Of a stretch of DNA of 64,000 nt, positions 38,851 to 52,600 are shown piece after piece. Within the stretch, counting starts at the first letter, position 1; each line of letters starts with the position of its first letter. Below the pieces are notes generated by a model. It was not told the origin of the DNA and did not search any database. It saw nothing but the letters and a program-made list of their open reading frames with translations. Both the position numbers and the translations under genes were made by a program. The stretch comes from the human T2T-CHM13v2.0 reference genome, Homo sapiens. The stretch lies in NCBI RefSeq assembly GCF_009914755.1, contig NC_060925.1. One strand, written 5' to 3'.

Positions 38851-40469
38851 AGCAGAGAATGTTCTGAGATGTGGCTGGTGATGCTGACATTGCTTCTGTT
38901 CAAAATCTTCCTCCTCACTCATTCACTACCCTTTGCAATGACGATCCATGTCCTTGCCTTCAGTTTCCACTTCTATCCATCAAAACCATCTGTGCCTAAA
39001 CAATCACTTTTACTTCACCTGGCCATAATGAAGACGAATGACACAGCACTACCACTGAATTTTTGGTAAGGTCATTTTTATTGCTGTCTAATTGCTCAAT
39101 GACCCTAGGACAATCATCCTTATGTTTCCTCCTCCTTAGAGAAAAGTGCCAGGGTTAGGTTTTTCTCTCTAGGTATGTGAGGAGGCTACCAGTTGCTAGA
39201 AATGTAGCCTCCTGTAACTCAGCATAGTTGATTTTCCTCCCAGCTTCTAGGAAGCTCAGAACTAGGTTTCATGTGCTTAACTGAAATGATCCCCTTAGCC
39301 TATGTTGTTTGGAACACTTCTTGCTCCACACTACTCCCTTCATTACTTTGCTGTTATTCTTCTATTCTTTTTACAATCATCTTATTATATCTTTGTCTTC
39401 ATTATAAATTGCTTCAAATCTTCTTTGGAAGGATAGAGTATAAATAATCATAATGAAACACTCAAGACTTTTCAAGCTTTGAGGAGAAAGATAATGTATA
39501 ATTTTCATGCATCTTGGTCCAAAACCAGGAATGTTGAGCTAGTGAGAACGCTCCTTGTGTGCCAAAATTACCACACAAAACAGTCAGAGAACTCCAAGAT
39601 GCTCCTGAACCTTAAGGTAAATCTGGGACCTGCTCCCTGTGCTTCCACCATTCCATAGCCCACAGTGTTTCTGCTGCATTTATCCACAAAAGTGATCATC
39701 TCCTTTATGGCTCAGAAGTGGCATCTTACTTCTTCCCAATGTGCTGGGGGCTGGGAACGCTTCATGGTTGGCTGACCTTGTACCCACTCTGGTGCTTTGG
39801 GTTGTTCATTGATCCTCGTCAAAATTTACAAAAGCACAAGACAGATGAGAAGGGGGAAGTACATTCCTCAGCTGGAAGAGTGGCCAAGTAACCACAAACT
39901 GCTGGCCCTCCTGGGATTGTGCTGGTCACGGACTTGGCTTCGGCAGCCCAATGACTTGTTCCTCCAGACATCGCCTACGCCTGCAGTCAGTTATCCTTCA
40001 CTCAGACCACCAGCCCTCTGGGTCCCAGGGACGCAAAGCATGATGGGAAGTAGGCGGGTACTGGACAGGAATGTAAAGGGCCAAGGTAAGACCAGGAAGG
40101 AAGCCACTTCCCCCAGAGTCAGCCTCCTGCTAGATCCTAAGACCCCTCTGCTCTAACAATTATTTTTCTAAACAGCCTCATTCCAAGCTGTGGAGGCTGG
40201 GGTGGACTTTAAAGCAGTAGGAACAGAGTATAAAGCTTTCCATATCTTCCACGCAGATATTATATCTAGTATATGGGTGGGATTACCCCACGCCAGAGAT
40301 TGTTGTTTTCTTAAATTGCAAAGTTTATTACACCCTTCATCTAAGGTGCACAAACCCTGGGCCTGAGAAAGGAAAGGGTCACGGTGGTCACTACATTACA
40401 CATTGGTTTAATCCTCAGTTCTACTGGTTCTACTGATCCTCAGTTCTGGAGGTGATCAGAATGGAGGTG

Positions 40470-40640
40470 GTGAAGCCAGGCTCCACTCTTTACTAATAGG
40501 GTAACCCTGGGAAAGTTACTTAACCTCTCCAGGCCTCGGTTTCCTCATCTATAAAGTGGGAACAATAATAGAGCCCATCTCATGGGATCAGAAAGCCCAT
40601 GGTATGTGCCTGGCTTAGGGCAAGTGTCATATAAACTTTA
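40470..40640 (+). mobile_element. MIR SINE
   Basis: ctgggaaagttacttaacctctccaggcctcggtttcctcatctataaagtgggaacaataatag. Confidence 0.85.
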
Positions 40641-40959
40641 GCCTCTCCCACCCCAAAAATATCTTGTCCTCCAAGATTGTAGTCCAGTCTCAGAAAGAAA
40701 AAGGAACTCAATAACCATGAGAGTTGGTTCAGGCTTCTCTCAATTATTTATATAAACAACACATTTCCTGTTTGGGGACTATGTCACCCAAGATATGCCA
40801 CTTCTAAACTTGGTCATCAGGAGCATGCAGGACTGGTTTGGATATACAGTCAAAGATGAAAATCAGTTATGATTGGGTCTGCTCATTTCTACTTATTTCT
40901 ACTCCCTCGACCCAGATAATTAAGAATTAACTGCACATGGTTAATGTTCTTATATAAAC

Positions 40960-41530
40960 ACAATGCAAATCTTACCATGTCATTCCCCTGCTTCAAGCTT
41001 TTCAAAGATCCCTAAACCCAAGTCCCTTCCATGATATCCAAGGATCTCCATGATCTGACCCTCGTTGCCCTTCCCTGCCTCATCACCTGCTAGTCCCTGT
41101 CTGGACCTTCATAATCTAGCAATGCTGAACTTCTTTTTTCTCCCTGGTGCCTGGCATCCTCTTCCTTGTCTGGTGCCTTTACTCAGATTGTCCCATCAGC
41201 CTGGAAAACTTCCCCTCTCCTCGTCTGCCAAATCTGCTCAGGCATCATCTCCTTCCAGACACCTGTCATGCACCTTCCCCCACCACCTGCCCCACAGCAG
41301 GCTGGGTGCATCTACCTCATGCTCCAGTTATAACCTGCACATTGTTTCATCACTCTACACTTACCACTTTGCATTATAAGGATCTCTATTCCTTGTCTCT
41401 TGGGCCCTCTAGAGAGTGCCCCCTCCCTGAGATCAAGGAGTGTGTCTGTCTCTCTTGCGTGTGTATGTCTGTGTGTCTCAGGTGCCCAGCACATAGTAGG
41501 TGCTAGTGAAAGGAAACACAGAAAGGAAGG
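40960..41530 (+). mobile_element. L2 LINE, 3' portion
   Basis: aatgcaaatcttaccatgtcattcccctgcttcaagc...ggtgcccagcacatagtaggtgct. Confidence 0.7.
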
Positions 41531-42263
41531 TGAGAGACATGTGCAGTTGGACTAGTCAACAGGTAGCGGTAATTTAGCTAAATAGCACACTTCCCAGGTA
41601 ATGGGGTCGATGGACTCGTCGACACATATTGCCACCCAGCAGTGGCAGGATCCTGGAGAAAGGGCCCCTCCACTGGAAATTTATGACTGAGCAAAGGGGA
41701 GAGGAAAGAGAGATGAAGGGAGACAAACTTATGACATATAACACCATCTGGGATGGAATGTTCTAGAAAGCAAGCGTGAGAGGGAACAAAGACATCAAGC
41801 AGAGAATCTTGAAGCTTAAGTATGAAAGGACCCAGTAGGCCAAATATCACATTTTAAAATAAACCTCTCCACTCAGGGCCAAAGCAAGAAGAGGGGCTAA
41901 GTATCATGAAGCAGAGGAGTCCCTACAACCACTGTCCTTTCTGACACAGCTCCTGGGCAGAGCTTAGCTAACTACACATTCCACAGTGAAAACGTCAAAT
42001 TGGATATCCATCAGTTGCTCCAAAGAAACACAGAGATACAGAAATCTGACAAAAGTACTGGCAGTATCCAACTTGAATCTGGCTTCTTTTTATCTTTATT
42101 ATTGGTCTCACTCATGGGCACACAGCCCACATTCACAGTTCTTTGAAAACCACAGCAGGTTAAGTACCAAGACTCCAGAGTTAGGGCCAATGAGATATGA
42201 TATGGTGAGTGAGCCAAGGAGTGACCAACCAAGAGCCATAGCACATGCAAAACGAGCACAGCC

Positions 42264-42376
42264 CTGGTCCTGACATTCTGCACACACCTCCAGAGAATTT
42301 CCATCCATAGGAGCCCGGACCACAGGAGGAAGGACCAAGGAGAAGTACAATGCGTTACTAGCATGAACGTCATTTG
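42264..42376 (+). repeat. 113-bp dispersed direct repeat, copy 1
   Basis: Aligns ungapped to 44061-44173 with 12 mismatches. Confidence 0.92.
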
Positions 42377-42589
42377 TGAAAACCATGTCCCAGACGTGCG
42401 TACAGAAAAAGTCAGCTTTCTCATTGCCCAGCTCCTGTCTGAACCTGTATCCCTAAGCTCTCCCCACACTAAATTCATACCCACCCATCAGACATCCTTT
42501 ACTCCTCCAACCTTCTTCCTCCCACCTGTTCATCTAGTCTCCAGAGCTCAGGTTAATGGAAATTGTAGATGTGTAACCTTGTGTGATAT

Positions 42590-42965
42590 TTTAGATTATC
42601 ACTTAATAAATAGTCACTCTCCTGTTGCCCCTCCCTTTGGATATAAATTTCCCTCTTCCACTTAGGTTGGGTTCACCATATGACTTGTTTGGGCAGTGGA
42701 ATGTGAGTAAATGTGAGTGTGTGGTTTGGCTTCTGTCATTCTCCATGAGAACACATCTAAGTGGCTCTTGATCCAAAAAGAATGTGGAACAATACCTGGA
42801 CCCCGCCTGAAGCCTGGGTAAGTCCAGGTGACCCATAGTCTGAAACAAAGTTGCCCCTGCCCACCCAGAGACCCAAGGGTGAGAATAAGTGTTTGGCTTT
42901 TTTAAGTCTTTAGTTCTAGGATGCTTTGTTATGCAACAGTCCTGTAGCTATAGCTAACCAATACA
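42590..42965 (+). mobile_element. MLT1 (I/J-like) MaLR solo LTR
   Basis: ccatatgacttgtttgggcagtggaatgtgagt; 3' end ttttaagtctttagttctaggatgctttgttatgcaacag...gctaaccaataca. Confidence 0.7.
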
Positions 42966-44060
42966 CTCTCAGAAAAGCTCAACTTGATTGCTAGTTTGCT
43001 CTTTCTGTATTTTCCTGTATAACACAGTGATGGCTCCTTCCCAAATGTAGTCAGCACAGGATGGGCTCTGAATATCCCCAACAGCCTGTTGGTGGCACTC
43101 ACACCACAATATATCCAGAATACACAGTGCCTGGTACCTCCCAGAGATGAGATGGCTAGTGGTTTGGCTGCCTCTGCCTGACTTCCCACCATCAGTAGGA
43201 TTTCCACTCTCCAGTCCTTGTTGAAAGCTGTGTGCGCCATACCACCCTCCTCCGCCTCCCCCTGCCCAGGCAGCACATAGAGTGAAGCGGTCAGCAGGAG
43301 AGGGGCTCAGCCTGAGCTGCTGGCAGCAACTCTCCCCATGTCCTCTCGGGCAGAAGCCAGAGGCTGCGTCTGTGCATATGGGCAGTGGTAATGAGAATTC
43401 CCTGTGGCTTCATGCAAGGGAATCAGGCAGTGCAGGCAAAGCAGGCCAAACTTCCCTTCTTTTTCCAGAAATGACAGTGAAACAAATGGCAGGAAACTCT
43501 TTGTGCTGACCAATACAGGAAGGATTGCCAGGGCACAGCTCTAGAAGTGGGAAGAAAGTGAGAGGAAAGATAAAGGGAGAAAGAGAAAAAGAAAGTGGGA
43601 GCGCAACTACAACTTTAGTGTGAATCACTCTATATTACATCATTGGCCTTCACAGCTCTGTCCATCAAATATTACCAAATCCAGTTCCAGAAAGGCTTAA
43701 AACTTATAAATATTTGCTATCCAGAAAACATGGTTGATGACATTCCACAAGCATTCTGGATAGCCAAGGTGCCAGATAGGTAGAAAAAAATGAGCTGGTT
43801 TGAGTAAGCCCAAGGCCACAGTACAACTTGGGATAGTTCTTAGTTACAAAGGGGCCTATGCCACAGGCAGAATGAAGAAGAGCATCAGGATCCCCTCCCC
43901 AAGATTATGCTATGCCTAGAAGGGATTCTGGGAGGTGTGCAGTGCATACATGCTATACATATGTGCTGAGATTGTAGTAGATTCACTCCCATAACCTCCA
44001 ACCCTCAATACCCTTACAACAGATCCATGTGAGTTTGCAACTAACCCCTACCCACGTCAG

Positions 44061-44173
44061 CTGGTCCTGGCATTCTGCACATACCTCCAGGGAATTTTCA
44101 TCCATAGGAGCCTGGACCACAGGTAGAAGGACCAAGGAAAAGTACAATGAGTTATTAGCATGACCGTCACTTG
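44061..44173 (+). repeat. 113-bp dispersed direct repeat, copy 2
   Basis: Aligns ungapped to 42264-42376. Confidence 0.92.
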
Positions 44174-44899
44174 ACCATATGTATTTAGACTGGCATTTAG
44201 ACTCAGAATTTAAATGAAAAACAGTTCCTGAACAACAACACATTTTAAATTTTAACTTTATTTTTAAAAAGACTGTGTGAAGGCCACCAACCATGGCTAC
44301 AAATGCTCCTCCCCCTTCCTCCTTGGTTCCATAAATGTTGAGTCAGAACAATTTCAGGAGGTCAAGCAGCCAGAGAAGGGCTTCTGGAACTTGCTTGACA
44401 ACATAAGAAGAAAAAAAGAAGGGAAGGAATCACACATTAAATAAATAGTTTTGAGGAAAAATCAGTCAATATTTTCATAAGGAAATTATTAGTCCAAGAC
44501 TGAAAGAGATACACTGATGCTATCGTATTCAACATATCCACAGGACAGGAGGCTGGTCCCTGGACCACTGGGGAATACTCGCTGGACACCAAGGAACCAC
44601 AGTTAGCCCTCTGAGAACCAGATGCCAGGGAGGAGAGCCGATAACACCTTCCATACAAGCTTTGTGGCCAAGTCACACCAGCCTTACTCAGGTTCCTCCA
44701 GTGCAAATGGAAATGGTAAGAATTGCAGCAAGAAACAGACAGAATCATTCTGAATTCAATAAGGCTCTATATACATTTTAGATACCATGTGTATGTGATT
44801 CCATGATTCTGCAAAGTGTCTGCTAAGAACTGAAGAAAGCAAAGTCCCTAAGGTAACATGATAGGAAAGACATTGAATCTCTTTAATATAATTTTTTAA

Positions 44900-45045
44900 A
44901 ACAGTACTGAGCACGTACTTGGTGATTCGCACTTTCTCAAAGTTGTATCATTTAGTCCTCACAACGATTCTATAAAACAAACATTATAATCCCCACTTTA
45001 CAGGCAAGAAAATTGAGGCTCTGAAAGATTAAGTGACTTGATTGG
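44900..45045 (-). mobile_element. MIR SINE
   Basis: tcatttagtcctcacaacg...atccccactttacaggcaagaaaattgaggctctgaaagattaagtgacttg. Confidence 0.8.
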
Positions 45046-48000
45046 TCCCCTGGACTTGTGGCTTTTTACTCCCTTGCATTACATTCCACAGCTTGGGTCT
45101 ATGTGAGTGTAATGAGTGACTTTTCCTGGGCCTATTAATTTAGAGACAGAATCTGTGCCAGTGCATCCACTCCCAGTCTCTGCCTCAGAAGACACTTGAG
45201 AAGTCATGTGTCATCTGGAGGGGTGATCTGCTCATCTTGAAAGCACCTCCCAGGTTAGCCAATGGGACCTGACACAATCCTGGGTTATTGGTCCTTCCCC
45301 CTCTGTTTTGTTGACCTGAATATTATTATAGATGATGCTAAGAAAGGCTCATGGGTGTCTCATATTCTATCTCCAGTCCCCTTTGGAAAGAAGAGATGCT
45401 TATGGAAAACCTCCCTTTCTGTCCTGAGTCAAGACATTCCTTGGGTGATTGGAGGGGAGCCCCCTCCCCGCCCTGCCACCATTTGGAAGTGATTACCACC
45501 GAGATACCCTGACAGAGTGAATGATGCTGAGGGCTCGCTCCTGGATGCTGAGCGAAGAGCTTGCTGCACGCTCCCCACCCCCAGCCCTTGGCACACGCTG
45601 CTACAGAGAGCCTGGAATCCCACTTGGATGCTGATTTCCAAGTCTTGCTTTCCATTTTCTGATACATGGGATCAACTTTAATAACAAAAACCTGGCAGGG
45701 AAGGCACCTCTGCCTAGCAAGAGCCCCCAGTGGCAAAACTGAGGAAGTCCTGGTGGGGGGCTGGAGGGCAGACTGTCAGCTCATTTGTTACCCTCCGCCA
45801 GAGACGCAAGGGCACCCTGTGACCTTCCCCCAGGCCTTCTGCCTCAAAGCCAACAACAGCAGCAACTGTCTATATAGTGGCTTCTTCTTTTCCTTGAGGA
45901 AGTCCCTCCCACCATCTCCAGCCAAGATCTGCCCAATCCTTCCTGTAGGTTCAGCTTGTGCTGTAGATTATTGGGGTAATTTGTACTCCCCACATGGCTC
46001 TCGGCAGCCTCTCCAAAAAGCAATGCAAAAACCACTGGGACCAGACGTTGCTGGATGCTCAAGAAGACCAGTGAACCACCCACCTTCCCCATGAACTTTG
46101 TGTCTGGAACTGAAGGCTTGTTGGTAAGCTGGTCTTGACAAGCCAAATCATAGCATCGCAACCTCTACAACAGTCACCACATTGTAAGGTGCCAGAGAGA
46201 GGATGTATTCCATCCCACTGCCTTCACGAGAAAAAAAATGAGAAAAATGCTCATCCACTTGTCCTGAACAGTCATTTCCTCAAAGATGTCTCATTAGATA
46301 TTCCCAACAATCTTATGGCACAAATATTCTCCTCATTTTACAGATGAACAAAAGCCTCAGCTTTGTTATCCGATGCCCTACTGCCAATAAGTGGCAGTCA
46401 CAATTTGAATCCCAGTATTATAACTAAAGGGCATAGCTCTCTGCTTCATTTCACAGAGTTTCAGTCTCTCTGAATTCTTGTCCACCACAGTGGCTTGATA
46501 GTTTTGTAAAGGCAGGGACATTTGACACCCCAACAAAATTCTTCCCAGCTCTATGCAGTATGAATTTGAATTCTTCATTAGTGATGGGTGACAAAATGAT
46601 ACTTCCTCTTTAACCCAGATTTGGTCTCTTTCCACCCTCCTAACTTTCTGTACCTTCCCTCCAAGCTCTTACCAGGCAGGAAGATTTGACAGGCTTCCAG
46701 TGATGAAATAAATGAGCAGGGTAAGGTGACAAAAAGCACCTTCTTTGTCTGTTTTCTTTGTGTTTTTAATAGAAACTCATCAGGTATAGTATTACAAAGT
46801 CAAAGTTGCCTCTATCAAAAGCCACAGGGCACTGAAGATAGAACAGTAAGTAAAAGTGAGTTATCATGCATAGCTAGCCATCATTATACCCCCTGACGAA
46901 ACTGGAAGCCAAGCCAATCTGGCTCTCTGTGCAGTATGAGCAACCAACAGAAGGCTCATGCATCCAATGGGGTGGAGATGCAGATGTTGCCTAGGCACTG
47001 TTATTCTCCCCGTTTCCTTCTCCACACTCCTTTATTTTGGGCATCGCTTCATGTTAGTGAATGATCCTGGTTTATTTGAGGTGTGGGTACTGAGGGCTGC
47101 TGGAAAGTAATTACCACTGAAAGTCAAACCACAAGTGAGGAGAGCTCAACTCTGCTTTCATCTGCATTGCTCAGGCATTTGCAATACAGAGGGAATGCGA
47201 TGCGGACAAGGACTTGAGAAAGTATGTTGTATTTGATTATGATTCCCGGAATAATCTTGGATAAATGTGATCATCCACAGGACAATTAAAGAACTTTATA
47301 TGCAAAAGTTACCATTATGACAATATTCACCATGATGTCCCCCAGATCTGGGAGTCTATTTCTATTTTGACTTTCCCACTTCTTTAAGTTCTAATGTTCA
47401 AGAAGTTTAAGGCTTATCTGCAATCTCATCCACAGATGTAATGGAATTCCGAGAACTAAGTATTTCAATCAACAGGATTTACATTTTTTCTTCCGCCAGG
47501 GCCCCTTGCTCTTCCCTAGAAATGCCTGACTGGAATTGGAGTGATCAGAATAAACTGCATTATTCATCAGAGATTTTCAAAATAATGGGCCCAAAGGGCT
47601 GAAGTGATAAATACTTTATTGGAGGTTCCTAATTATATGAAAAATGATCTCCCATCTGTAAAAAGAATCTTAGGCCCAGTTATCCTTGGACCACATTCCC
47701 AGCTTTATGTGGGTTTGTGTGACAAGAAGCCTCCTCTCAACTGGATAGTGAAATCATCAGAAGTTCCCAAGCCCATTCTACTTCCACTGAAGGGATGACA
47801 CGACAGGAGTGGCCTGCCCCTCAGAACCCCAGGTACTGCAGCTGTCGGCTGTGGAGGCCCAGCTCACTGGTTGGCTCTTAACACCCTCATGCCCCTGAAG
47901 CTACTGCATGGACATGCCTGAAGATAGGCATACCATACCAAGGGCCACACACTCCAAACTTTGAAGACCAACAGCCTCCTTCCCAGAATTGTCATCAAAG

Positions 48001-48764
48001 GTTAAGGGATGTCACCCTGAGTTAGGCAACCTCTAAACTGTAGCCCCAGCTTTGAAAGAGAAAGAGAAGGGTTTGTTTGCCCCAGAGGCTCCTGGAAAAG
48101 CAAGCTCTTCAGGCTTCTCCTGCACAAAGGCATTCAAGATCTTTGAAGGATGATGGGGCAAATTTTTGCTATAAGGCCCAATTCCCTCAGAGCATCTCAG
48201 AGGGCACTGATGTGTGATGTGCCGTTCACGATGGCTGAGAGCTCCTCAAAAGCCTTCAGTCTTAACTCGCAGCTTTGCAGTGACCCAAAACAGAACTCCT
48301 AGTGCCACCATGGCCATTCTAGCAGATGGTCCTGAGCTACCCACTCTGCCTCTAGAGGAGCAAGAGGCAACCACGTACTGTTATATCCTCATATTCTTTA
48401 TTCAACTCTGACAAATGATAATTGCTTCTGCTTTTAATGATTTGGATGTTTTCCTTTGTTTTCAAATGCCTGGACTCTATTTTAGCAGTTCTAAAAAAGT
48501 ACTGGAATTTCTCCCTTATTATTATTCTAATGGGCTTTGAGGTTGAAAACCAGGGCCATGAGAACAAGGAAGAGTTATTGCTGTGTATTAGATTAGCAAA
48601 AGAGCAGTATGGTATGATAGGCACAGTACAGTCTGGGAAATCAGGAGCTTATGAGCTCTAAGTCCAGCTCTGCCCCTATTTGCTGTTGCTCTGAGAAAAT
48701 TTCATTGTGCTGTTACTTTTAGTTTTTTTATACATAAAACAGGTATGCTTATCCAGATTAAAGA

Positions 48765-49265
48765 CATCTGGTTATAAATTATTTGACTGTCTTCCCACCA
48801 AGAACTGGGACAATTTCCCCCTCCATGAGTCTAGCTGGGCTCTATGACAGGGGAAGTCACACTGTGCCAGTTTCCCAGCCCAGGTTTTAAGAGATTGGTA
48901 GGTTCCACTTCCTGTCTCTTGGATTGTTCATGCTTGGAATCCAGCCACTATGCTGTAAGGAAGCCCAAGCAACTCTATGTAGAGGCTCAGATGGAGAGGA
49001 AATAAGATCCCCTAGCCAACATCCCCAGCCGAGCTCCCAGGCAAGAGCCAGGACCAACTTAATGGCCCCATGTGTGAGCCATCCTGGAAACAGATCCTCC
49101 ATCCCCAGCTGGTCCGCCTGCAGCAGACACTGTACCAAACAACAACAAACCATCCTTGCTGAGCCCTACCCTACTGCAGATTCATTAGCAAAATAAATGG
49201 TGGCTGTTGTTTCCAGTTGCTAAATTTTGGCTTGGTTTGTTATGTGCCAATGAATGATAGGAATT
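48765..49265 (+). mobile_element. MLT1 (F/H-like) MaLR solo LTR
   Basis: gaagtcacactgtgccagttt; ccagccactatgctgtaaggaagcccaagc; aataaatggtggctgttgttt...ttttggcttggtttgttatgtgc. Confidence 0.8.
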
Positions 49266-49503
49266 TATATTTAGACTTCAGTGGAAGAAAATGGAATGGA
49301 ACCAAATATAAAGGAATTATCTTTTTCAATTATACCTCTCTAGCTCACACAAAGAGACTGAATATCAGAGGGAAAAAAAAGTCCCCTGAAGAAGTGGCAT
49401 TCTTGTCTAATGACCTTATATCCTCATCATTGACAGAGGTTTAGTCATGCTCAACTTATGCCAATTGGAAACAATATAGAGTCTACAGGTAAGTTCATCC
49501 CAG

Positions 49504-49640
49504 CAGGATCAGCATAATTTATGGGGCCCAGTGGTGAAGTGAAAATGCAGAGTTCCATGTTGAAAAATTAATAATTATATATAAAAGTATAAATGATTTC
49601 AAGAGGGAGCAGCAGATGATTAAACCAAGAAGCTGCCCTG
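49504..49640 (-). mobile_element. MER45A-like hAT element with internal deletion
   Basis: cagg...cataatttatggggcccagtg...tgaaaatgc...tgttgaaaaatta...atttcaaga...cagcagatgattaaaccaag...gccctg. Confidence 0.7.
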
Positions 49641-52600
49641 CATCCCAGCTTAATGGCCTAGCTGATCTGATCCATATCATAGAAACACATATCCTAAACC
49701 CTAGATGCCCATCTCCTCCACTCCTTACCTGATATTTCATTTAGAAAAAGCCAAAATCTGCCTGGTGTCATGAACCATTCTTTAAAATGATCAACCAACT
49801 TCTTCATACTTAGTCACACACACCTTCTTCCTTTTTTTTTTTTTTTTTTTTTGTTGTTGTTGTTGTTATTGGGGTCAGGGTTGGATAATAGAGAAGAGTT
49901 TTTTTAAAGGTGTGGGCAGGGCTTAAGGAAAGCAACAAAAAATGGTATGGAATCCCAGGCTGGAAACTTCAGGGAGCTATTGCCAGCCCTAGGCCTGAAG
50001 GGAGCAGTTACCAGAGCCCACGAAGGAGCTGGGGGAATAAATTCCCAGCTCATTTCCCTTCTGCCTTCAGCTCTTCTGCCAGTGCCTCTTGCTGGTCAAA
50101 CCAAGAGAGGCCAGAGGACAGATGAGTTCACTGAGGCATGGCATACAAGCCAGTCTCATAGGAGCATACATGAAAGCTAAGGTATTTTTAAGAAAGCTAG
50201 AAAAGCCCTCTTCAGAAAAACTCAACATTTTCTCACTTATCCCTGCAGGTAACAACAACAACAAAAACAGCATCACAGGAGGAACCCCTTGGCTGACATT
50301 TCCCAAACTGCTTTCAGAAATCAGGGCTGAGCTCGGTAGCTGAGGTAATGAAGGCAGTGAGTGGTTATGCTAGAGATGGCAGGGGCCAGCCCTCACCCCA
50401 CAGCTATGGGAAGGAGTGTTAACAACAGAGAGAGGCAACCAAGCCAGCTCCCTAAGCCAGGCAGCAAATAACTCCACAAGCTCACACCTCCTTGAGAAAT
50501 AACTGCTGTCTCAGCCATTTGTATGGAACATTCCTAAGGGTGGCAGCGGTTGGGGGAGTGACAGCGTGAGGACAGTCGCCACATGTGCAATAGCTGAGCT
50601 CTAGAACAAAGCAGAGAGCATGGCAAAGGGGGCCTAAGAACATCCCCCTACCCTCCTGGAACCAGCCTCTATGAATGCAGCATCCCAGATGCTTCAAAAA
50701 GGGCTAAAGCAACTTCACCTTTATGCTTGCATCTTAAGTGCAGGGTGCTCCCAGGTCAGTGGTAGCATTTTCACAAGTCACCCTTTTCTGCCTTTAAGAT
50801 CTGACAGGAGACAGGGTGCAGTAGCTCTAATGTTAGATCAGTCCCCTTTCTAGCTGGTCCCCCATCTTATTGACCTTTTTCCTTCTTTAGGTCTTAGCTT
50901 TGTCTTTCTTCATTTTGTTTCTTCTAGTTTTTTCTCTACCCTTTCAAAACTGTAATTTCTTCCAATATCTTTTTTTTTATTACCTCTCATTCTGTAGATC
51001 CCATCCCTTTTCTCTTTTTTTAGTCTCTCAGGGCTTGAACGAAGAGAGAACACAGATGTTCAGGGTCTCCACATCCACAAGATTTCTAGGGTCCAGCATC
51101 TCTCTTTAAGCAAAACTAGCAGTTTCTGTTTTCTACAGTAGCCAGCATGTTGTCTTTACTCATACTAAGCACCCAATAATTATTAGAATTATCTGAGTAA
51201 TGAGGGCATAACTAGCAGATAGTGGCGGATGGCTTCCACTTGGCATCAGATGGAGCACAGCAATCACAGGCAGCCCCACTTCATCCCAGGCAGAAGCCCT
51301 GAACACCAACACCCCAGAGGCTCCTACTAGACTGGTGACATACTTCCTTCTCTTGCTTCCCAGACCCTAGGTTAGGTGACTGATCAGATACCTATACAAG
51401 ACAGGACAGTCTGGAGTTGCACTGCTTGTCTCTCTTGACATGTTCAGCAAGGCACGTCTTATCAATTAATTCTCTCATTAGGGCTGTTCTCTATCTTCAT
51501 CTTTCCCTTTCATTCTGTTCTCTACCCCTCCCTGTTTAGTGAAAGTCTTTCTAGTAAGTCACAACTTTTATGTTTATGAAGGGGATGTCCCCACGAACCA
51601 CATCTACAACTCCCCTCTGGCCACTCCCTCCTTTGGGCTGATTCCAGCCACCTTCCTAAACTCCCCTCTCCCAACATCCACACTAACGAAAGAATATTCA
51701 GGAAAAGCCCTACTTCCTTTCATCTCTACCCATTCCAACCTTGGTTTAAAGCCCCCCAGGCCCAGCACATCAGCACAGGAACTTCGGAAATCTTAACTAT
51801 AGCTTTGTACTTTGAATACTGGCTTTGAAGTATGTGCTAACAGCTGTAATTGGCATTATGGAAGAAGGTTAAAATAAATTACTTGTAGCTAAGGAGCCAG
51901 CAAAGTGGAAATTATCCAAGTCATGTTGTATTTGGTCCGTAATCCAACACTGTAAAACTAAATCCTTGTCACCCTGACTCCTTGTTAGGCTGAAGTACAA
52001 CACAGCATTTCACAATCCCACACTGTGTCTGACAGCCTTGAGATCTGGCCCCCTCTACCCCCAGGAAAAACCTCAAAACCATCAAGGAGGCACCATGCGG
52101 TTTCAGAGAGTCCCATCCACCCCTGACACATGTGACGCATCAAATACCTCTGCCTCTCTCCTAGAACCTTGACTTCAGCAGCTGAGAGTTGATCCTCACC
52201 AGGGTTCTGCCTACAAAAACATTCAAGGAACACCTCTCTCAGCAGTACTGATTTTAAATCAGGGGTTCTGAAAATTGGAAATCTTAAAGACGCAAAGGGC
52301 TTCTTCTTTCTGGTAGGATTTCAGATCCTGTCATGGGAGGCAGATGTGCACTGGTCAAGTAAGGACCTACTGGACGTCTCTTATAATAGAGTGCCAAAGT
52401 CAAGGTCAGGTGATGGGTGCATAGACACCCCCTCACCCACAGTCTGTCCATGGGACATGGTATGCAGGGGACATTTTATTTTTTGACAGGAGTAAGGTTT
52501 TTCTTTCTTGGTTGGGTAGCTGCCTTGGTGACATTCTGTCTTTATGTATGTGCATGTGTATGTTGTGTGAGACACAGTGCACACAGGCATGAAGGACAGA

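Noticed and set aside
45720-45740. CTCF-like motif
   Set aside because: Spacing does not fit the CCASYAGRKGGC core.
49870-50170. Possible ancient LTR fragment
   Set aside because: Too diverged to assign a family or boundaries by eye.
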